A stretch of 64,000 nt of DNA from NCBI GenBank assembly GCA_002269645.1, contig NIVC01002670.1, positions 62,001 through 126,000 on the forward strand, in the 5' to 3' direction. The stretch is from Macrostomum lignano (Eukaryota). The stretch's first letter is position 1; every line of letters begins with the position of its first letter. The notes beneath the pieces were generated by a model. That model saw nothing but the letters and a program-made list of their open reading frames with translations. It was not told the DNA's origin and ran no database searches. A program made the position numbers and the translations under genes. Positions 55,709 to 64,000 of the stretch are shown here, one piece after another.

Positions 55709-58700
55709 TATATATACAAAATAGCTTGCATTTTCTACAAGATGTATTTTTTTTATAAAAATAGGACTTTGTGGCTTGATGCCTGCTTGTCTCTGGCCTT
55801 GCTTCTACTGTAGGCCATAGCAGGCCTACTGGCTCTAGACTGTATAATCTTAAAGCCAAGCCAAAGGCAAAAATCGCTTTAAAATCTAATGATTTGGTAA
55901 ACGAAAGCAATGGAATGGCTGTACAGTTAAGTTAATTTTGTGCAAAAATATTTTTACGAAAAACCCATTACTGCAGTCTTTTATAGCATGTTGTGTCTAG
56001 CCCAACCCCACTTAAAAATAATATACTCAGAAATACAATAATTTTAATACTAATTACAAAAAATCCATGAACCAAACGCTGCGTTAAACATTGGCAAATA
56101 CAGGATGAAGTCTTTCAGTCAGAATGCAAAACAAGAATGACAAGCGATCATCTAGAGCCTGAGTAGAGTAAATTAGTGACTTTAAAAAAATTGAAAATTT
56201 TCTAAGAACAACTGCTGGTTAATTTTAAAACAGCGATAGTACTGGTAAATAGCAGGTTATCCGTATAAAATGAACTATTGTTTCGTGATCTGTTACATTT
56301 TCAACCAAAAAATAAATATTTCCTAATTTTTTCCTTACAATTTTAGATTGATATTCTTTATCCTCCACGATACATATCCTATGAAGAAATTTTTTTAGCC
56401 GCTATAGGTACGAGTTAAGAATTTTAATCAAAGTCGACTTCAAAAGGAAAATGAAGCTTCGTTTCCTACAAAATTTGGGGGCTGCGAGAAGAATACACTA
56501 CGGCTGATCTACATGTATACGGAGGAACTTCAATGTGTACAGTTAAATTATTTGGGGAAAATAGCGATTAGTCATGCCTTGGATAGCTGCGTACCCGATG
56601 AAAATGTTTCACCCAGTTTGTAAAAAAATTCGTCTTTTTTTACATTCGATTGTTCAATAACAATGAACAAAAATTCGATTGTTCAATAATTGATTAACCT
56701 TGTTGATTAATACAGTAGAAGCAAAAAGGCGAACTGTTGTATAAATGTTAGTTATATTGCCGAGATATACACGTACACATTTACATGTGTCTATTCTAGG
56801 CCTAGGGAACGAGATGGCTAGTATAAGGAACCATATAGAGAATCCAAAAATATACTTTTTGAAATTTCAACAGCAAACGGTAAAAATCGTTCACTTTGCA
56901 TGGCAGAAAATTTTCGTGCCCAGATCATCGTTAGCAATCCACCATATGCAGGTACGTACAAGGACCACAGTAACACTAGGACTAGTCTAAGTAGTCCTTG
57001 GGTACGTACTGTAGTACTATGTACAAAGTATCATCCTTGGTTCCGGCCTCCTTTCATGGCGTCTTTATAGTTGGGCGTACATTTACTTAAACCAATACCT
57101 TAACAGAAAGATAACGACATGTACATAATATATGCATATGCACATAAATTAGAGAACAAATCCATAATTCTTTACGCTCTCGAAAACTCGGATTTTTCTA
57201 GCGGGGGTACGGGGTTTTTCTCCACTAAATTTCTCTGAAAAACCCCGTTCTGTGAGCATTAAATGCACTATAGCGATACGACAGATAATACGCTCCTTAC
57301 TACGGCCTCCAACTCATTTCTAAGAAAATCAAGTGCAGCGTCCTTCTAAACTGCATTTGTCCATAGACCTGTGTGTACATGCCCGCGACGATTAGAAAGT
57401 CAGGGCCGCTGTGTGTGAGCGTGACACAGGTGTGTGAGCGTCTATGAGTGCATGCGGTTATATGTGCAGGAGTCAGCGAGTGCAGGTCAGAATTGCTTAG
57501 TGCTGGTTGTGGGATGATTTCATTGGAGGCGTTGCGCCGGTAGCTAGAACTCTCTTGCGATTATCTAGTTTGTTTATCCTCTGTTACGGGAGCAAGTTCT
57601 AGACTGGGCAATGTGTGGTAGAAGCAAGAACGATCTAGACGTGTTCTTACTTAAGTCGTCCTTGGCGTCGGATATCTGAGCGGAACGGGAAAACGTATTA
57701 AGTCACAAGCTGAATCGCACCTCGAAGATCGGCCTTGTGCTTTGTCCCATCACAATCAGTGGTGACAGGAACGCTGCTGGTATTTCGTTGCTCGAGGAAC
57801 GTGACCTGCCCATTTGGAAAAGCATAATCTTTTCAAAGTATTCTGATTCTCGTTTATTGAAGAGGCAACAACATAAAAAAAAGGAAATAATGATAAGTAG
57901 TATGGTTACATGCATTGATTTTGCCTAATGTTATATACTCGTAATAGTTAAGCGTCATGCCCCAGGGGCGCAGAAAAAGGGGTGGGCAAAGCGAATTGGC
58001 GCGCCTCCTTGACAACTGATCAGGCGCGCCCCTTCTAAGCAGCTGTGGCGCCACTGGTGTAGTAACCCCACACCCAACCCCCCCCCCCTGATGACATCCT
58101 CGAGGTGCCGGCCCCAAGCATCAATGTCGCCCCCCCCCCAAAGATGTGAAAAATCGTTGCCACTCCCCTGGCAACTGTAAGTTAAGTGGATTAAATTCTT
58201 TTGTTCTGACAGGGTTCAATCCAAGGAGATTGCTAAGTGATTGAGCTGCTTTTTTTGTCCGGACAATAATGGACAACTCATTTACAGTCAGCTAGACTAG
58301 AAGCTCATATTAGAATTTGAATTCAATTTTTCAATTTGACAATTGTTGGAGTACCATTCTACTAACCAATTGAAAGCAAGAAAATTTTCTCACAAAAGGC
58401 AATTTTTCTGGCAAAAGTATTGAAAATAATTGCCTAGATTAATGAATGCAACTTAAAAATTAGCATGGTTACTGTAGGAACTGAATGCGATTGAGTCTGA
58501 TGCTTTCAGTAGACAGCAGCAAGAAGTCTCAATACATAAAATAGAATCTATCCATTTTAATCCTTAGCGAGACGGGACTGCAGCTAAAGCCGCGCTGAGC
58601 ACACTGAACAAATGCGCGCACTCGGGGAGAGAAAATCAGCGGGCAAAACAAACGCTAGAAGTCGTCCCCAGCGCTAGCCATGTACTCACTCACTGCAGTC

Positions 58701-59291
58701 TGCACCTGGTTACTTTCACTTTACTTTTACCCGGTTAGTTTTGTTTCTGGCTTTAACCCACTCAAGCCCAAAACAGATTTAGTTCAAGTGTTAAGTTAAT
58801 AAATAAAACATGAATAGTTGGAGCAGGCTGTGTACGAGCGTAGTATTATGATTCATTTTTCTTGTTTACACGTACGAGTAACAAACCTAATAAATAGTAC
58901 GCGGTGTACGTGTAAGATGCACTGGCGAAGCCAAGATCACGGTCATGACCCCCAGGACCTCCACCCAGTCAGCCGATAATTTATAAATCGTAGATTTCTT
59001 TAGACTCCCCGGGATAGAAATCATGACTAAGCCACTGGATGCTAGCATGAAAACTTTTCATGTCATGTCAAGTCAGGAGAAGCATTATTACCAAACCGAC
59101 AGACTTTTCATTGGCTCCTGGACCTGAGAGAACATTTTGATGTGATGAAGCTGATTTTCTGGTCTTAACAGCTGCCTCATCCGCAAAAAGCCGACTCCAT
59201 TTGCTATGATATCTTAGCATAGTCGTTAGCATTGAGTTAGGTGCGAGTAGGATTCAGATTTCAAGATTTCATGATTTGGTACCTAGATATT

Positions 59292-59936
59292 CGAGGGGTG
59301 TCCGGAAAGTTCTGACACTTTTAACCCCGGAGGAAAACAGTAGCAGCTGCAAGCACATCTTTGGCGTCATTTTAAAGAGGCACATATTTTCTTTCCAATT
59401 CATTCAGTCGCGTGTATTTTGGTCATTTCATTTAAAAGTTATGTGTGAAAACCCATCGCAATGCCACTGATAGTCTCACAGTAAAAGGTGAAGTACATAA
59501 CTTAGGCAACTTTTTATGGATCTTGTTTGCAGCACGCAAGTATACAAGTACACACAAAACGGCTCTGATTTCAGTGCATCCCTCACTTACCGTCCATCCC
59601 TTCTGAGTTGAGTATTTTATTCACTCCGTCACTTCTAAGCAAACCTCACTGCTTTGCACCTTGCGAAATTTTGCTTAATCAAGTGTTTTGATTTTTGCGA
59701 TTATTGACACCATGATGAGTCTGCAATCGAAAGAAGGCCAAAGGTACGGAATGCTCAAGCGATGGCAAAATTGTGTTGCTACAGGTGGAGACTATGTTGA
59801 GAAAGCTGCCTTGAAGGTTGATGATGATGATAAGTGACTACAATTCGTTTTTTAGGACAAAACCTAGCTTTTTAAATTTTTAAACTTTTACTGTAAGACT
59901 ATTAGTGGCATTGCGATGGGTTTTCACACAACTTAT
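59292..59936 (+). mobile_element. Internally deleted mariner-like element
   Basis: Mariner-type start CGAGGGGTGTCCGGAAAGT. Transposase C-terminal motif KRWQNCVATGGDYVEK at 59757-59804. About 50-bp inverted repeat at about 59434-59487 versus 59884-59936. Confidence 0.65.
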
Positions 59937-60984
59937 GATCTTCATGTGGGTTCATATGGGTTCCGTATGTTTTGCATCATCTAGCATATTTAACAGCAAT
60001 AATACAATAACTAACAATGCTCTGCATCCTAAACGGCATTTTATGCATGTTTCGAGTAAGTGCATTTAAAGCAATTCTTCAACTGCTTGTATCTAGAATT
60101 GTGGTTTCTTTCAGAATAAAAGTGTTATATAGGAACACAGGTCATTAATTTGCAGTTAGTTCATCGGTTTCTACCGGTAGCTTGTTGCATCTATAGGACA
60201 ATAGGTTTTACTCGATCTTGTAATTTCGGTCCTGCCAATAACTGTAATCTTCATAGAGTTTACCGAGTACTTAGGTAAAAATTATACGGGCTCAATGGCT
60301 CGAGCAAGGCATGAGAAGATTTGAAATAATAGAAGTTTATTTTATTGAATGTTGAGCATACATTAATTCCAACTGAGTAAAGGAAACGTTTAGTCCATGC
60401 ACGATCATGGACAGACTAGAAAACGATTGGACTAGAAGTCCCATGACACTGCTGACAGCATTCGTGCAGCCACAATAACACTTCTTCTAGTCTTTCTTTC
60501 TCGCTTTCAGCTATATCCTGTTTCTCTTTCCGCTTCTGTCATGCAGGCGCGACGCGCTGACATCAGCCCGGATACAGTCCACTGCAGATCCGATTGTTTT
60601 TATCCAATATTTTTTTTCAGATCAGATTCAAAATAAAAGCAATGCAGTTGCTCGCTCTGAAAGAGAGCATGACTCTCTGTAGCAAGGGAAATGAAATTAA
60701 ATCAGGCGCAGCGCAGAGGGACCCGGTACGGTTTGGCGGGGACTATTTTTAGTTGAGCACAGACAGAACAACATTACCGGTAGAGCGAACATCGGTTAAG
60801 ACTCTCGCGAAATGAATGGCTCCAATCAAGTGCATCGTAGCGTTAAAACGAATAAATAGTTAATTAGCTAGGAGTACTATGCAGTGAGAAAATGCGAGCT
60901 GCATCAAGTGGAATGCGAGCTGGAGTGGATTTAAGTGCTTTTATACCAACCAGTTTTTGGTTTGGTAATTTGGTAGAAATTAAG

Positions 60985-63290
60985 GGTAGCAGGTATGAGA
61001 CTGGAGGCTTACGGCGGATCTGCCATCAATACCATCGGCAAAGTCAAGCTTCTGGTTGTATTTAACAACACCAGAGTGACTGCCATTTTCTACGTCGCCG
61101 ACAATGAATCGGTGGGCCGGGTCCGGTCCCCGCACCGGGGAAGGCAGTCTTGAGTAATGACCAGACCTCTTTGGGCTGGATCCAGAGCGCCAAGGGGGTC
61201 AGATCGGTCGGCATGGCAAGACAATGGAAAATATGCGTGACGGTTTCGTCGTCCCGGCCGCATATGCGGCAAAGCAGTGAGGCCGACGTGTCAATTTTAG
61301 ATTGATAGGTGGCGAGCAGCTTACAGTGACCGGAGCGCAGCTGGGCTAGAGTGATGCGCTGGCGACGGTTGCGAAGGCTCTCGGTGGTGCAGATGTTCGG
61401 CGCGCGCGAGCCAAGGACCGGGTTTGGCGGCTGCTTGTTGAAGTGCTCGCTGACAAACGCAGTATGTATGGACTGCCGAGTATGCGAGGCGGAGGGAGGC
61501 AAAATCCGTGATGGGAGTCGAGTAGGATGATAGCCGATGCGAGCGAAAATGGCGTTGGAGAACGAACCAAGATTGCAGCGAATGGAGCGACGTGGCGAGG
61601 GGTCTTGGAAGAGCTGGTGATTAGGATGCCAGGAGGCCGAGCAGGAAGCCCAGCGACTCAAGGCGCTCAGAGTGCGCTTTAACAGGGAGCACGGCGCATT
61701 CAGAGTGAAAGTTCTCGACCTGAGTGCAGTTGTGACACTCGGTGATGATTCGCAGAGCCACGTTCTGACAGCGCTGGAGCAGGTTCCAGCTGGTCTTGCT
61801 GAGGAGGGGCGACTAGACAGGGGCGCAGTAGTTAAGTTGTGACCTGCAGATGGCTTCGAAGGACACGCTGAGAGTCTCTTTATCTTGGCCCCAGTGCGTG
61901 CCACAAAGAGCGCGTAGGATGGGTGGATTTGGAGCGGACCTTGTTGCTGGTCAGTTTGGCATGAAAGCAAAGAAGGGGGTCGAACGTGACGCCCAGGATC
62001 TTCGGGTTAGTGCAGTAGGACAATGGCGAGCCGCACAGAAAGATCGGAGGAGACGAGTGAAATTCGTGGGTTTTGCTGGTAAAGATGGTAGCAGGTGAGT
62101 TGCCCAGCGAGAGCGGAAGGCTTTTAATTTCGAGATAGCGGCAGAGCTGATCGAGGTACGGTTGAATGAGCTCAGAGAGTTTAATGACAAACGGGCCGCG
62201 AGCGCAGATAGAAATGTCGTCGGCATACTGCGTAATTTGCAGGTTTGGCGGCGGACGCGGAAGGTCAGACATATAGAAAGCGGAAAGGAGAGGAGATAAA
62301 ACTCCGCCTTGTGGGACTCCGACGTGCAGCGGGCGGGATTTAGAAAGAATAGTGCGATAATCGGGGAGCGACTGTTAAGATAAGCGTGAAGCCAGCGGAC
62401 CAAAGCGTGCGGCAGAGAGGACTGAAGCAGCATCTCGCAGAGCTTGGTATGTTCGACTTTGTCAAAAGCGTTTTGGAGGTCGAGAGCGACAAGGAGACTA
62501 CGGAGAGCTGGCTTCTGGGCGTTTAGGCCCTCACTGGTGAAGGTGGTCAAGCCGAGCAGAGCCGTGGTGGTGGAATGACGGTCGCGGTCTGCGTCGGTCC
62601 AAGAGCTTTATTCATCGGACCAAAGTCGACGCCTCGTTGAAGCCGGTATCACAGCCAATGCGGAAGTTTTCGATCAGGCGGAAGATCACCCGAAAGGACA
62701 TCAGTAATCAGTCGAATAGAGCGACCAGGCATCATGGAGAAGGTCAATGCCTTGAGTGGGTCAGCAAAGTGGTTGTGACACGCAACGAATCCAATAAAGT
62801 TCGTCTCTGCGTAGACCTGTGACAAGTTAACAAAGCGCAGACCGCTACCCTGTGCCGTCAATCGAGGACCTGTCAGCGAGCATTACCGGGTCGAAGTGCT
62901 TCAGCAAGCTGGACCTCCAACAAGGTTACCAGCAGATACTACTGCATCCTAACTCTCGAGGACTGAATTTCTTCATCCTCGATGCCGGCCTGTACGAGTT
63001 CATCGTGGTGCCATATTTGAGTCCAGCTCCGGAGCTGCCTTCCAGAGGGCCCTTCGGACAGTGCTTCAAGGAGCTCCAGGCGCCATCAAAATCGTTGACA
63101 AAATCCTGGTACACAGCACGAACGAGACTGAGAATGAAAAGAACCTCCGTGAAGTCCTGGACACAAAATTCACCGCGAAGGCTTCACGCTCAACCTTGAG
63201 AAGTGCAAATTCAGGCAGCCAAGCGTCGAGTTCTTTGGGTTGGTGATCTTTTCAGATGGAATCAGAATGACCCAGTCCAACGTTGAGGGG
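60985..63290 (+). mobile_element. Degenerate Ty3/Gypsy pol fragment (protease end at 60985-61110, RT at 62600-63290), interrupted by a LINE
   Basis: MRLEAYGGSAINTIGKVKLLVVFNNTRVTAIFYV, then KPVSQPMRK, VRLCVDL, PSIEDL...FSKLDLQQGYQQI and EKCKF...VEFFG, across frameshifts. Confidence 0.75.
61115..62590 (-). mobile_element. 5'-truncated non-LTR retrotransposon (RT plus C-terminal CCHC; I/Ingi-like group)
   Basis: HSTTTAL, LLVALDLQNAFDKV, QYADDISI, KILGVTFD and TLAQLRSGHC...CRICGRDDETVTHIFHC, in frameshifted pieces. Confidence 0.85.
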
Positions 63291-63403
63291 ATAGATCAAT
63301 TAGATGAAATTAGATGAGATAAAATAGGTAAGATTAGATGAGTTGACGAGATAGATAAATAGCTCGTAGGAATGATGAATGAGTTTGATTGAATGGATCA
63401 ACT

Positions 63404-63883
63404 AAATCAGATAGGTCAGGTAGATCAGATAGGTCAGGTAGATCAGATAGGTCAGGTAGATCAGATAGGTCAGGTAGATCAGATAGGTCAGGTAGATCAG
63501 ATAGGTCAGGTAGATCAGATAGGTCAGGTAGATCAGATAGGTCAGGTAGATCAGATAGGTCAGGTAGATCAGATAGGTCAGGTAGATCAGATAGGTCAGG
63601 TAGATCAGATAGGTCAGGTAGATCAGATAGGTCAGGTAGATCAGATAGGTCAGGTAGATCAGATAGGTCAGGTAGATCAGATAGGTCAGGTAGATCAGAT
63701 AGGTCAGGTAGATCAGATAGGTCAGGTAGATCAGATAGGTCAGGTAGATCAGATAGGTCAGGTAGATCAGATAGGTCAGGTAGATCAGATAGGTCAGGTA
63801 GATCAGATAGGTCAGGTAGATCAGATAGGTCAGGTAGATCAGATAGGTCAGGTAGATCAGATAGGTCAGGTAGATCAGATAGA
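63404..63883. repeat. 18-bp perfect tandem repeat (about 26 copies)
   Basis: tagatcagataggtcagg units. Confidence 0.95.
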
Positions 63884-64000
63884 TTTTCAGTTTTTTCGAA
63901 AATAAAACAGATTCGTCTTTTAAAGCCTAAAAGCAAAACAACGTAGCTCATAAAAGAAGAAGAAATTTACATAATCGAATGGGATTCTTTAAAAAAAATC

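Noticed and set aside
57963-58170. CAGGGG...CCCCTG ends suggestive of a hAT MITE
   Set aside because: The terminal match is only about 6 bp and no target-site duplication was found.
63334-63951. ORFs of repeated DLSDLP / SGRSDR
   Set aside because: Read-through of a perfect 18-bp tandem repeat.

Overview
Animal (eukaryotic, intron-containing) genomic DNA. GC-rich exons and minisatellite-filled introns suggest a flatworm such as Macrostomum, but that identification is inference only. The window has three parts. (1) 783-5531: a 4.75-kb DNA transposon-like element with 13-bp TIRs (CCCGGTTGAAAAA), a 3-bp ATT target duplication and long inverted subterminal repeat arrays. It encodes no recognisable transposase, only a coiled-coil protein with a BEN-like C-terminal domain. 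(2) 6391-47945: six spliced genes, all on the minus strand. In transcription order they are CLP1, an FBXW9-like F-box/WD40 gene, TPCN2, a TRMT2-type tRNA m5U methyltransferase, a C2H2 zinc-finger gene and EEA1. The EEA1 coiled coil is built from seven 51-nt/78-nt exon pairs plus in-exon 63-nt repeats. (3) About 48-64 kb: AT-rich, gene-free transposon debris, comprising a BEL/Pao integrase relic, a MITE family with 8-bp TSDs of which two copies carry the conserved 28S rRNA R2/I-PpoI target segment, a mariner relic, and a LINE fragment nested in a Gypsy pol relic. Most long ORFs in the supplied track are read-throughs of tandem repeats. All alignments and counts were done by eye and no database was searched.
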